A stretch of 29,658 nt of DNA from Elusimicrobiota bacterium (GCA_027319565.1 DAHVNA010000028.1:1-29658), one strand, 5' to 3'. Positions 9,948 to 18,362 are shown, counted from the stretch's first letter. Notes: a model not told the origin generated them from the sequence alone. Numbers and translations are program-made.

Positions 9948-10469
9948 TTAAACCTGTTTTTTATAAAAATAAACTTCCCAGTTTTCCTCTCCGATTTTTT
10001 TGGCCCAATGTTCAAAACCTTTTGATTCCAAGACTTTATATAAAGGAAAAGGCTCAAAGGAGACGCGCAAAAGCAAAACTTCCCCTTCTTGGACCTTGAG
10101 AGAGGCGGCCATTATTTTCGCGAAAGGCTCTTCGCCTTTTCGCAAATCCTCCCGCACATCAACGGAATGCGCGCGGGAATTTCCGATCCAATACGGCGCC
10201 TTTTCGCCGGCGTCAAGAGATGGGGCGCGTTTGTCGGGGGCGATTCGCTTAATCAACACGGACCATTTCTCCGGCCCTCTATCCGCCGCGGTCCATTCAA
10301 ATTCTCCCGCCCGTTCGGCCTTAAACTCATAAAAAAGCGGTTTGGGGTCGTGATCGTTGATTAATTTCAGCACGCCTCCAACCGGAAGATTCTCCCAGGT
10401 TTTAAAAATAAGCGGGTGCCTCTCTCTTGGCGAGACCCTGCAAACATCCAAGCAAACTTCGTCGCTCAT
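9948..10469 (-). CDS. Tandem DUF2249 domain protein
   Basis: LDVCRVSPRERHPLIF...INDHDPKPLFY and VDVREDLRKGEEPFAKIM...FEPFPLY. ATG at 10469 is preceded by AGGAGG. Confidence 0.88.
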   Translation of the reverse strand: MSDEVCLDVCRVSPRERHPLIFKTWENLPVGGVLKLINDHDPKPLFYEFKAERAGEFEWTAADRGPEKWSVLIKRIAPDKRAPSLDAGEKAPYWIGNSRAHSVDVREDLRKGEEPFAKIMAASLKVQEGEVLLLRVSFEPFPLYKVLESKGFEHWAKKIGEENWEVYFYKKQV

Positions 10470-10489
10470 ATCAGCCTCCTGTTTCAATT

Positions 10490-10531
10490 AGGATAACAGA
10501 AAGCTCGCGGCGTTAATATGCGCTAGAACAG
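10490..10531 (-). promoter_or_regulatory. Internal class II Crp/Fnr-type promoter (CTGTT-CTAG-CGCAT box, extended -10 TGtTATCCT)
   Basis: Same architecture and 19-nt box-to-TG spacing as the promoter at 6978-7019; box centre 10524.5, +1 near 10483. Confidence 0.7.
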
Positions 10532-10555
10532 GTTTTTTAAAATTTTGACAGGGAG

Positions 10556-11026
10556 CTACCAGGAAGAAAACCTGAGCGAGGCGGCGCAAAAGACGATCGC
10601 GGCCAAGATAAAAAGGTTGAGCGTTCCCCAAAACTTCATTTTCGCCGCTAAGGCTCTGATTCGGGCCGGATCCTTGGCTTCCATCATTTGCGGACCCCAA
10701 ACATAGGTGTGGAGAAGACTTAAAATGACCATCAAGGCGACTAAAACGAGTTTAACGCCCAAAATTTTTCCCCAGGGGCCTAAAAAAATTTCGGGAGTGT
10801 CTCGAATTTCCCAAAGCTTGAAAATTCCGGTCGCAAGAAGGGTCGCCCAGCATCCCCACATGACGATTTTAAAGCGCGCGCCGATTTCCCGGTAAATTTC
10901 AAAGCGGGCGGAGTCTTTCAAAAATTTTCTCAATATCGGCTGAACGGCTAAAGACATCGCGAAGGTTCCACCGACCCAAATAATCGCGGCCATCAGATGC
11001 AGCCAATGAATAAAGGCGTCCATCAA
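10556..11026 (-). CDS. CopD/DUF4149-like four-helix membrane protein
   Basis: HWLHLMAAIIWVGG, LATG, KILGVKLVLV...SLLH pattern. Confidence 0.75.
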   Translation of the reverse strand: MMDAFIHWLHLMAAIIWVGGTFAMSLAVQPILRKFLKDSARFEIYREIGARFKIVMWGCWATLLATGIFKLWEIRDTPEIFLGPWGKILGVKLVLVALMVILSLLHTYVWGPQMMEAKDPARIRALAAKMKFWGTLNLFILAAIVFCAASLRFSSW

Positions 11027-11925
11027 TTCCTCACCGGGACAAATTCATCCCAACCGAAGAGCTCGGGATATTCCTTCCACGGGCCCTCGCAGACAAAATC
11101 ATAGCGGCAGTTGCGGCATTTGTCGGTTTTGGATTTCCCCTCATCATGGCGATAGGCCGTATAATCGGCGATCACCGCCTCCGCGTCATAGACTGCGGTG
11201 TGCGGGATGATTTTTTCGGCGACATAATTTTCATAGCCTTTCATGAGACAATAAGGGATGGCCTCCGTCATACAGCATATGCCGGCTTTAATTCCGATGT
11301 CAAGGCCTTTAAAAATATAGGGCATGATTTCGGATTTTTTCGGAACGATTTTATTTTTATTTTTGTCTGCTTCGCCCAAAATATGGACAAAGGCGAATTG
11401 ATACTGATTGACGCCTAAAGAGACCAGGAGTCTCGCGATGTTCGGCAAATCCTTATAATTGAGCTCGGTAATGACCGTGTTTGTCAGTATCCGCTGCCCC
11501 AGTTTTCTCAGATTTCGGATTCCGCCGATGACCTGGACAAAGGCCCCCGGGACTCGGGTTAGTTCATCATGAATTTGGGGCACGGACCCGTGAAGGGCGG
11601 GGGAAAACTCGTTGGCCCCGGCGTCTATTAATTCCCGGCAAAAGTCCTCGTAAAAAAATCGGCGTCCGTTGGATTGAATTTGAATGATTTCATAGCCCAA
11701 ATCGCGGGCAAGGCGAATGGCTCCAAGAAGACCCTTGTGCACGGTCGGTTCTCCGCCGGTCAAAACCAAACTCTTGGCGCCCTTTAAACGGCCTTCTTCC
11801 AAGCTCGCCTTGATTTGATCCGCCGATTTGGGGCCAAACTTGCTTCTTTTATCTCCCTGAACGCAAAAATGGCAGCGGTTATTGCAGGCAAAGCCGAGCT
11901 TGAGATCGATTCGTTCGGCGCTCAT
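11023..11925 (-). CDS. Uncharacterised radical SAM protein with C-terminal Cys cluster
   Basis: CNNRCHFC, LTGGEPT, IQSNG, IPYC, and C-terminal CRNCRYDFVCEG. Confidence 0.85.
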   Translation of the reverse strand: MSAERIDLKLGFACNNRCHFCVQGDKRSKFGPKSADQIKASLEEGRLKGAKSLVLTGGEPTVHKGLLGAIRLARDLGYEIIQIQSNGRRFFYEDFCRELIDAGANEFSPALHGSVPQIHDELTRVPGAFVQVIGGIRNLRKLGQRILTNTVITELNYKDLPNIARLLVSLGVNQYQFAFVHILGEADKNKNKIVPKKSEIMPYIFKGLDIGIKAGICCMTEAIPYCLMKGYENYVAEKIIPHTAVYDAEAVIADYTAYRHDEGKSKTDKCRNCRYDFVCEGPWKEYPELFGWDEFVPVRN

Positions 11926-12899
11926 GCGCTCATGCGGGAATTTTTAAGAGCGTTTTCCGCGATCCAATCTTGAGTTCGGCAGGAACAATAATAGACCGAC
12001 ATTTTAAACTTGTGGATCAAGGCGTAGAGAAGATGGCCGAAGACCGTTTCCTCGCTTTTGGCGACGGGAGACCAGGTCAGTCTAAAATCGGGCGAACCGC
12101 TTGAAGAGGCCTGATAGCCGCGTTTTTGTAAAGAATCAATATTGGCCGCGCTCGCGAAAAGCTCATGCAAAATGAGCTGTTTAACGCCTAAATTATCAAG
12201 ATGATGCATGATGTCCCGAACGGGTTTTTTATCTTCAGGGACTGCCGGCATTTCAATTTCGACATCGCTGAAAACTTCTCTGGCGAGCTCGACCGGAGAG
12301 GCGTCATAAGCGCGGGCGGCCAAATCAATCCTCAATCCTGAAACTCCGGCGGCTTTCAGTTCCTTTAGAATTGGCAGGCTTAGGCGATCGGCATTGGTGT
12401 AAAGGTCAATCCAAAGCTCGGGGCCAAAATTTTTTTTGAGAGCCGCCAGGATCTCAAAAACGCGTTTGGGAAAAAGCAGGGGCTCGCCGCCTCCAATCCC
12501 GACGCTTTTAACTCCCAAATTTTTGAGGCTGAGAATGGCTTCTTCAAGAGACTTAACCTCTCGCCCGTGAACGCTTAAGACATCCTTGCGGGGTTTGGGA
12601 TTGAAACAAAAAAAACAGTCGCGGTTGCAAAGGGTAGTGACGCTTAAGTGGCTTGCGCATCCCTCAAGACAAGGCTTGCAGCCTTCCGAGAGTTCCCGCG
12701 TATAAAGCGTGCCGCGCTCGGGCCATCCCTTAATCCCGTGGGCTTTAAGCAGACGCAAAAACCGCGCTTTTCGGCTCTGGGCCATTTCAGGATGACGTTC
12801 CGGAGGCAGAACTTCCCTGCGGGCGAGCCCCAAGGCATAGCGTTCAAAGGTTTCAGAGAGAGGCTGGGTCATGGTTTCATTTCGTTGAGACTCGGTCAT
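11922..12899 (-). CDS. Radical SAM protein, COG2108-like (extra N-terminal CxxC)
   Basis: LSEGCKPCLEG upstream of CNRDCFFC, GGGEPL, LYTNA, C-terminal YYCSC. An alternative start at 12872 is possible. Confidence 0.8.
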   Translation of the reverse strand: MTESQRNETMTQPLSETFERYALGLARREVLPPERHPEMAQSRKARFLRLLKAHGIKGWPERGTLYTRELSEGCKPCLEGCASHLSVTTLCNRDCFFCFNPKPRKDVLSVHGREVKSLEEAILSLKNLGVKSVGIGGGEPLLFPKRVFEILAALKKNFGPELWIDLYTNADRLSLPILKELKAAGVSGLRIDLAARAYDASPVELAREVFSDVEIEMPAVPEDKKPVRDIMHHLDNLGVKQLILHELFASAANIDSLQKRGYQASSSGSPDFRLTWSPVAKSEETVFGHLLYALIHKFKMSVYYCSCRTQDWIAENALKNSRMSA

Positions 12900-13914
12900 A
12901 TACGCAGGCCGGTTCTTCGGCTAAAACGTTGTTATAAGCGAAATAGGCTCTGGCGCGGCAGCCGCCGCAGACGTTTTTAAAATCACAGGCGCCGCAACGG
13001 CCTTCCAAAAGTTCCGGATTTCGGAAATCCTCAAAGAGTTTAGAATCCGTCCAAATTGTCTTAAGCGGAGTCTTTTTGATATTGCCGGAAGATAGGGGAA
13101 GATATCCGCATGGAAAAACATCGCCTTTGTGGGAAACAAAACACATGTGGATACCAGCGAGACATCCTTTTCGGTCATCAGTCGAAATAGGGACAGTTTC
13201 CATTTCCGCTTCAACGCGGTAATAATGCGGAGCGCAGATGGCTTTGATGGGAAGTTCTCCGGGCCTGTCTTTTTTTGCGACCCATTTGAGCCATTCTTCC
13301 ACTTCTTCCGGCAAAAGCATATCGGAATCGGCGATTTCGACCCCGCAGCCGACTGGAACCAAAAGAAAGAGATAAAGAGCCGAAGCGCCTATGCTTTTTG
13401 AAAGATGATACACTTCCGTAATTTCGCCGACGTTTTTCTTGGTCATCGTGAAATTAACTTGGACCTTGATTCCCGCGTTTTTAAGGGCGAGAAACCCCTT
13501 AAGAGCCTTGGCGAAATTTCCAGATCCGCGGAAAGCGTCATGAGTTTTGGCGACGGCCCCATCTAAAGAAATCGAGGCGTAGTAAACTCCGGCCTTGGCT
13601 AATTTTTCGGCGACCCTGTCATTGACCAGCGTGCCATTGGTCGCAAGCCCCGAAGGGAGGCCCCGGCTTTGGGCGTATTCGATGAGTTCGAAGATGTCTT
13701 TTCTGAAAAGCGGTTCGCCGCCTGAAAAAATCAAGACCGGGCGGCCCATCTCGGAAAGCTGATCGATAAAGGACTTTGCTTCCTTGGTCGTCAACTCATC
13801 GGGAGAGCCTTTGACCAGAACATCGGTTCTTCGGCAGTGAATGCAGCGGAGATTGCAGCCGGCCGTCACTTCCCAATAAACCCGCCTCAGCGTCGCGGCC
13901 AGAGGCGGGTTCAT
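12877..13914 (-). CDS. Radical SAM/SPASM protein, AhbD/NirJ family (most like heme b synthase AhbD)
   Basis: YWEVTAGCNLRCIHCR, FSGGEPL, LVPVGCG, CAPHYYR, GCLAG..CFVSHKGDVFPCGYL, CGACDFKNVCGGCRARAY. Start set at MNPPL (13914). Confidence 0.8.
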   Translation of the reverse strand: MNPPLAATLRRVYWEVTAGCNLRCIHCRRTDVLVKGSPDELTTKEAKSFIDQLSEMGRPVLIFSGGEPLFRKDIFELIEYAQSRGLPSGLATNGTLVNDRVAEKLAKAGVYYASISLDGAVAKTHDAFRGSGNFAKALKGFLALKNAGIKVQVNFTMTKKNVGEITEVYHLSKSIGASALYLFLLVPVGCGVEIADSDMLLPEEVEEWLKWVAKKDRPGELPIKAICAPHYYRVEAEMETVPISTDDRKGCLAGIHMCFVSHKGDVFPCGYLPLSSGNIKKTPLKTIWTDSKLFEDFRNPELLEGRCGACDFKNVCGGCRARAYFAYNNVLAEEPACVYDRVSTK

Positions 13915-13927
13915 GGGATATCTCAAA

Positions 13928-14530
13928 CTAAGAGTGTTGAGCCGGAGACGAAGCGGGAGCGCTCGAAGCCCCGGAAGCGGTCTTTTTAGCGGAGGAAGAC
14001 GTTCCGAAAATCCGGGCATAATCCTTGGGATAATTCTGTTTAAAGCTCTTTAAAAGCTTTTCTCGATTCGCTTCCCAGGCTTCTGCGTTGGCGCCCGTCT
14101 TTCGGACTTTGGAATCATAAACCAAGAACTCAAATATCTTTTTGCCTTCCGAAGGCCGGATATTCGATCCCGGTTTGGACATCATCTTGTGAACGTATCG
14201 GCTCCAGATTTTTTGGCCGATTTGCCAAACCAAGGGATTTTTGAACATTTCAGGATTGGTCTTTTTGTCCGCCGCCTGCTCATCCGCAGTCAATTGCAAA
14301 AATTGCGAGTTAATCGGGCGGGCGATGGTGTGGCAAGCCGAGCACTTGTTGAGAAACAAGTGATAATACATCTTCATTTTGGGCGGATAATGCGAGACGT
14401 CAATGGAAGTGGATCCGAAATCATTCGGATAAACGCCTCCCGACTTGTCCTGAGAATAGGCCTGCGCAAAAAGCGTTCCGCTGATAATGGCGGCCCCGCC
14501 GATGATTACGGCTATTTTTTTTATGTTCAT
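13928..14530 (-). CDS. Secreted monoheme c-type cytochrome (resembles the PscC/c-551 C-terminal domain)
   Basis: Sec signal peptide, KCSACH, distal WSRYVHKMMSKPGSNI Met-ligand motif, GGAG RBS. Confidence 0.8.
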   Translation of the reverse strand: MNIKKIAVIIGGAAIISGTLFAQAYSQDKSGGVYPNDFGSTSIDVSHYPPKMKMYYHLFLNKCSACHTIARPINSQFLQLTADEQAADKKTNPEMFKNPLVWQIGQKIWSRYVHKMMSKPGSNIRPSEGKKIFEFLVYDSKVRKTGANAEAWEANREKLLKSFKQNYPKDYARIFGTSSSAKKTASGASSAPASSPAQHS

Positions 14531-14560
14531 GTCAGTCTCCTTACTTTTTTATTTATTCCG

Positions 14561-16000
14561 TCAAAATCCAACTTCAAACTGAAGGCTTAAGCGATTTCCC
14601 ATCGGCAAAAGGGCCGCAATATTTGAATTGACCCCTCCGTAGTTAGCGGTCCCGCCTCCGCCGAATCGGTTCGTATCCACCGTATACTCAAGGAAACCCT
14701 TGAAATTCGGCGCGAAATAATGAGCCACCTGGGCTGTCACATAGTTGAATCGCTCGGTTCCGTTCCATAAAGTCATCCAGTTTTCTCTAATGAGAGGGAC
14801 TAAGAAGGCATAATCATGATAATCCCGCTTATAGGTATAGAAAAGTTCGACATAAGCGGCTTGATCGCTTTCGGCTGCGCCTAAAAGCGCGTCCGAATCA
14901 TGGGCGTAGGCATAAACCGCCCGGGCGTAGAAGTCATCATGTTCCCAAAGCGCGTCAAAACCTCCGCGAATATCTTGGACATAGTGGTTCGCAATTGGAG
15001 TCGTCCCGCCACCAGGAAGATTTCCAGTGGATCCTGGGGCGCCGGCATCGGTCACTCCACCGCTTTGGCCGTATTGGCCAAAGGTTCCAAGCATCAGGCC
15101 ATCTCCGGTGTCATAGGCAAAACGCGCATAAGCGTTTCCGGCTCCGCCTTGACCGGTGTTATTGGATGAAGGATCTTTGGAATACCCCAGCGAGTAATAG
15201 ACGAAAGAGGGGCTTGCGCTAGAAATATGAACTTGGCCATAAATTTCCCCGGTTTGGGTTTGCGTGTTAAGCGGAAACCCCGAAAGATAGGCTTGCCCTT
15301 CCATTAAGAAGTCCGTCGAACGGTTGGCGATGGTCGGGCTTTCCGCGGAAGTGATGGTCTGATAAGGATCATCGACGAAAAACCCGCGGCGCATAAGAAC
15401 GACGTTGTAAAGCAAAGAGGGATGATATCCGAACCTTAAATCTCCCATGCTCGGGTTAAACCCAGCGGCTTGATTAGCGTCCATTTCCCCAAAATAAGAG
15501 ACGTGTTTGGCCGCGTCTCCGCCCGCGATAAACATATCGATATCGTTAATGGGCTGAAATTCCGGGCCATTGAGAGGGCCTGTGCCGCCCATTTGAGATC
15601 CAGTCGTCGCGGTTCCGTGTCCGGTATCAAGAGGGCGGGAACGCACGATGACGGCCCAAGGCATGGTCGCTTCCGTCCACAGCTCTTGATTCTGGCTTTG
15701 AAGAACGCCATCGGTCGATCCCCTGGTGCGCACGTATCCGTTCATTTTAAATTGCCGCCCGTAAGCGTTTAACGTCGGGTAATCAGCATGACATTGAGAG
15801 CAGCTCATTTTATATTTGCGGGCGAAAGCCGGAAGACCGAGAGCTTGGCTAACGCCATCCGGACGGACGGGGCACAAGTGCCTTAAGCTGTGAAAATAAG
15901 GCGGCAAAAGCCACAAAAGACCCAAGATAGCGGCAGAAACCGCTATCTTGCGGCTAAAACTCTTAAACGTCTTGGCGCTCCCATCACTTCCGTCCGTCAT
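14561..16000 (-). CDS. Cyc2-like monoheme cytochrome c - outer membrane porin fusion
   Basis: LPAFARKYKMSCSQCHADYPTLNAYGRQFKMNGY matches the PxFAR...CxxCH...PxL...GRxFK..GY motif; aromatic/Gly-rich beta-strand body; C-terminal beta-signal LSLQFEVGF. Confidence 0.82.
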   Translation of the reverse strand: MTDGSDGSAKTFKSFSRKIAVSAAILGLLWLLPPYFHSLRHLCPVRPDGVSQALGLPAFARKYKMSCSQCHADYPTLNAYGRQFKMNGYVRTRGSTDGVLQSQNQELWTEATMPWAVIVRSRPLDTGHGTATTGSQMGGTGPLNGPEFQPINDIDMFIAGGDAAKHVSYFGEMDANQAAGFNPSMGDLRFGYHPSLLYNVVLMRRGFFVDDPYQTITSAESPTIANRSTDFLMEGQAYLSGFPLNTQTQTGEIYGQVHISSASPSFVYYSLGYSKDPSSNNTGQGGAGNAYARFAYDTGDGLMLGTFGQYGQSGGVTDAGAPGSTGNLPGGGTTPIANHYVQDIRGGFDALWEHDDFYARAVYAYAHDSDALLGAAESDQAAYVELFYTYKRDYHDYAFLVPLIRENWMTLWNGTERFNYVTAQVAHYFAPNFKGFLEYTVDTNRFGGGGTANYGGVNSNIAALLPMGNRLSLQFEVGF

Positions 16001-16554
16001 TTATTTTTTCTCCTTTTATTGACGTAATTGATCCTGCTTTTTAGCCCTTCTAACTCTAATTCTAGCTTTTTATCCAACACCCTGATAAGATCAAAAGCGG
16101 TAATGACGCCGACGACTGCGCTCTTTTCCGTTACAAAAACGCGATGGATGCGCTTTTTGAGCATTTCTTTAACGACTTTGTGAAGAGAGGTTTCCTTGTT
16201 CACGGAAAAAAGTTTTGGAGTCATCCATTCGCTCACGGCATCCTCTTCGCTTTCGGCATGAAAACCCACTCCCTGAGCGATTGCTTCCAGCGCTCCAAGA
16301 GTTCTCAACGCGCCTCTATCCTCGCCCGAAGAGGCGCAGGCGACATGATCCCGCTCATAATGAGTAATATCGGTCTTGGTTAAAACTCCAACGGGAAAAG
16401 AGCCTCCGTTTAAGACCGGGGCTCCGCTGATATTTTTATCCAGAAAAACGGAAGCGGCATGCTGCATCGTGTCTTTAGAAGAAATCGTGATTACGGGCGA
16501 GACCATTACATCCTCGGCCCGAAGTTTGAAGTCACCCGCGTTGGTTTTTCTCAT
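15997..16554 (-). CDS. CBS domain pair protein
   Basis: AEDVMVSPVITI...ISGAPV...VGVLTKTD and VSEWMTP...IHRVFV...VGVITAFD. Confidence 0.9.
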   Translation of the reverse strand: MRKTNAGDFKLRAEDVMVSPVITISSKDTMQHAASVFLDKNISGAPVLNGGSFPVGVLTKTDITHYERDHVACASSGEDRGALRTLGALEAIAQGVGFHAESEEDAVSEWMTPKLFSVNKETSLHKVVKEMLKKRIHRVFVTEKSAVVGVITAFDLIRVLDKKLELELEGLKSRINYVNKRRKNK

Positions 16555-17000
16555 TTCGACGCTCCGACAATATCCTCTCTAGCAACAAAATGACTTGTTT
16601 TCTGAGGCAAGAATGAATTCCCAAGAGAGAAATCTCTTTTTTTTCTGAGAGAAGACAAAACCTTGGCCAGCACATAAGAAGGGCAACTGGGCGGCGGGGA
16701 TGTCTTTGAATCGCAATTACAGAGTAAAACAAGTTTGCGGCGCAAGGAAAGAAGGGCTAGGGGCTTCATCAAGTTAAGAGCGTAATCGGAGTTTAACTCC
16801 TTTTCATATGCCGCTTGAAATTCTTTTTGAGTCAATATCCCAAGATCCAGGCGCTTGCGCAAAACGTAACTGGGAGACAATCCCGGAATCCAGGCATCCA
16901 TTTCTTTTAGGGCATTTCCATGCGGACGCTTCCAAGAAGGCAGAATCTTATAACCGTTTCGATGTTGTCCCAGTTTTTCGACGCTGATTCCGCTCTCCAT
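16551..17000 (-). CDS. Divergent DUF488-like protein
   Basis: MDAWIPGLSPSYVLRK...EFQAAYEKEL...LVLLC pattern parallels DUF488; ATGA overlap with the CBS gene. Confidence 0.6.
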   Translation of the reverse strand: MESGISVEKLGQHRNGYKILPSWKRPHGNALKEMDAWIPGLSPSYVLRKRLDLGILTQKEFQAAYEKELNSDYALNLMKPLALLSLRRKLVLLCNCDSKTSPPPSCPSYVLAKVLSSLRKKRDFSLGNSFLPQKTSHFVAREDIVGASK

Positions 17001-17006
17001 GAGATT

Positions 17007-17049
17007 AGTATAGCGCGCATGGATAAGTCTGTTCCATGACCTAGGTCAT
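17007..17049 (-). promoter_or_regulatory. FNR-like box ATGAC-CTAG-GTCAT plus -10 TATACT (leaderless promoter of the cyc2-like operon)
   Basis: Perfect 14-bp palindrome 17036-17049 (centre 17042.5); TATACT at 17012-17007, 6 nt before the ATG at 17000. Confidence 0.75.
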
Positions 17050-17066
17050 AATTAAAAAAATATTTT

Positions 17067-17732
17067 TTAGCGGCTGAGGGCGGCCAAGGATTGGGGGTCT
17101 TGGATGAGAATTTTCCCTCGGGAAGAAGAAAGAATTTTTTGATCTTCCAGATTTTTAAGGGCACGGAAGGTCGTCTCTAAAGTGGCGCCGACAAGCTCGG
17201 AGAGCTCTTTTTTGGTAAACGGGATGGTCTGTCCGTAGACCTGGCAGAGTCTCGTTAAAATCGAGGCAATTCTTTTTGGAACCGCTTCTTGACCTAGGCA
17301 TCTTAAGCCTTGCACGTCTTTAAGTCTTTCGGAACACAAAGAACAGAGCCCGCGGACAAACCCGCCGTTTCTTGCGTAGCAATCTAGGAAAATTCTTTCT
17401 GGAATTAAAATGACATGGCTTTCCTCGGCGCAAACGGCAGTGCAGGGATAACTTCGGTTATTAGAGCCCAAGCGGCACAAGGTGCCGAAAATTTCTCCAG
17501 GGGCTAGACTTTCAAGGGCGAAAGACTTGCCGTCGGAAGTGAATTTGAATACTTGAAGCCTTCCTTTATATAAAACCCATACTCCTTGGGCGGGCTCGCC
17601 TTCATTGTAAATCGTGTCGCCCTTTTTAAAAGTTTTGATCTTGGAAACTAAAACCAAGGAGGAGAGTTCTTGGGGAATCAGATTCTTAAATGGGTCTATA
17701 GATGAGAGAAATTTTTGAATCTCGGAGGCCAT
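17067..17732 (-). CDS. Crp/Fnr family transcriptional regulator, Cys-rich
   Basis: IYNEGEPAQGVWVLYKG, PGEIFG, HTH KKELSELVGATLETTFR; 8 Cys. TATAAT lies 5 nt before the ATG. Confidence 0.92.
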   Translation of the reverse strand: MASEIQKFLSSIDPFKNLIPQELSSLVLVSKIKTFKKGDTIYNEGEPAQGVWVLYKGRLQVFKFTSDGKSFALESLAPGEIFGTLCRLGSNNRSYPCTAVCAEESHVILIPERIFLDCYARNGGFVRGLCSLCSERLKDVQGLRCLGQEAVPKRIASILTRLCQVYGQTIPFTKKELSELVGATLETTFRALKNLEDQKILSSSRGKILIQDPQSLAALSR

Positions 17733-17755
17733 TCTTTATTATAGCTCTTTCAGTT

Positions 17756-18016
17756 TTATAAGTCATCTAAAGGGGGGAGATTGAGTTTACGAATGGCGTT
17801 ATTGATCATGAGTTTAGCGCTGACATAGGGGATGGGCCCGCAAACGGTTTTAATGGCCGAGAGGTATTTCTTTATATCTTGAGGAGAGTGCATAACGACT
17901 GTTCCGTCCGGGAAAATTCTCAACCCCGAGACGGATTGGATTTGGCTGAGCTTGTTTTGATAGAGATCCAAGACGACAAGGGCGTGCTCTTTGACTGCAT
18001 CGCTGTAGTTAGCCAT
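17756..18016 (-). CDS. Hypothetical protein (86 aa)
   Basis: ATG-start ORF that fills the gap, co-oriented with the crp gene; no motif recognised. Confidence 0.55.
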   Translation of the reverse strand: MANYSDAVKEHALVVLDLYQNKLSQIQSVSGLRIFPDGTVVMHSPQDIKKYLSAIKTVCGPIPYVSAKLMINNAIRKLNLPPLDDL

Positions 18017-18065
18017 CTCTGATTTCTATAGTCTATAATTTTCTTGTATAAATTTAAAAAAACCG

Positions 18066-18074
18066 TGCTATAAT
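18066..18074 (+). promoter_or_regulatory. Extended -10 (TGcTATAAT) for the cold-shock gene
   Basis: Consensus hexamer about 80 nt upstream of the csp ATG, in AT-rich intergenic DNA. Confidence 0.6.
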
Positions 18075-18152
18075 AAATCAGGCTGGTAATCAGAGACTAT
18101 TTCTCTGAGAGAGCGAGCCTAAGAAGTTAATAATAAAGAGGTAATAATCATA

Positions 18153-18362
18153 ATGAAAGGAACAGTAAAGTGGTTCAACGATCAGAAAGGATATGGATTC
18201 ATCACCCCAGAGGATGGAACGCCGGATGTGTTTGTTCATCACAGCTCCATCGTCATGGATGGTTTCAAAACCTTGGCTGAGAACCAACAAGTTGAGTTTG
18301 AGGTGACCAAATCGGACAAAGGTCCGAAGGCCGCCAACGTCAAACCGCTCGTCATGGCCTAA
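18153..18362 (+). CDS. cspA: Cold-shock protein
   Basis: [52 protein letters not shown]. Confidence 0.96.
   Translation: MKGTVKWFNDQKGYGFITPEDGTPDVFVHHSSIVMDGFKTLAENQQVEFEVTKSDKGPKAANVKPLVMA

Noticed and set aside
9944..10057. Longer N-terminus for the DUF59 ORF (similarly 13915-14019 for the AhbD-like ORF)
   Set aside because: The extensions overlap genuine upstream genes and look non-coding; internal ATGs fit better.
10488..10700. 70-aa ORF as a RiPP precursor for the radical SAM enzymes
   Set aside because: It overlaps the CopD-like gene in another frame and the internal promoter; no convincing precursor peptide was seen in the window.
12877..13914. Heme d1 (nirJ) pathway or a complete ahb pathway
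   Set aside because: No nirS/nirF or ahbA/B genes in the window, so the call is left at family level.
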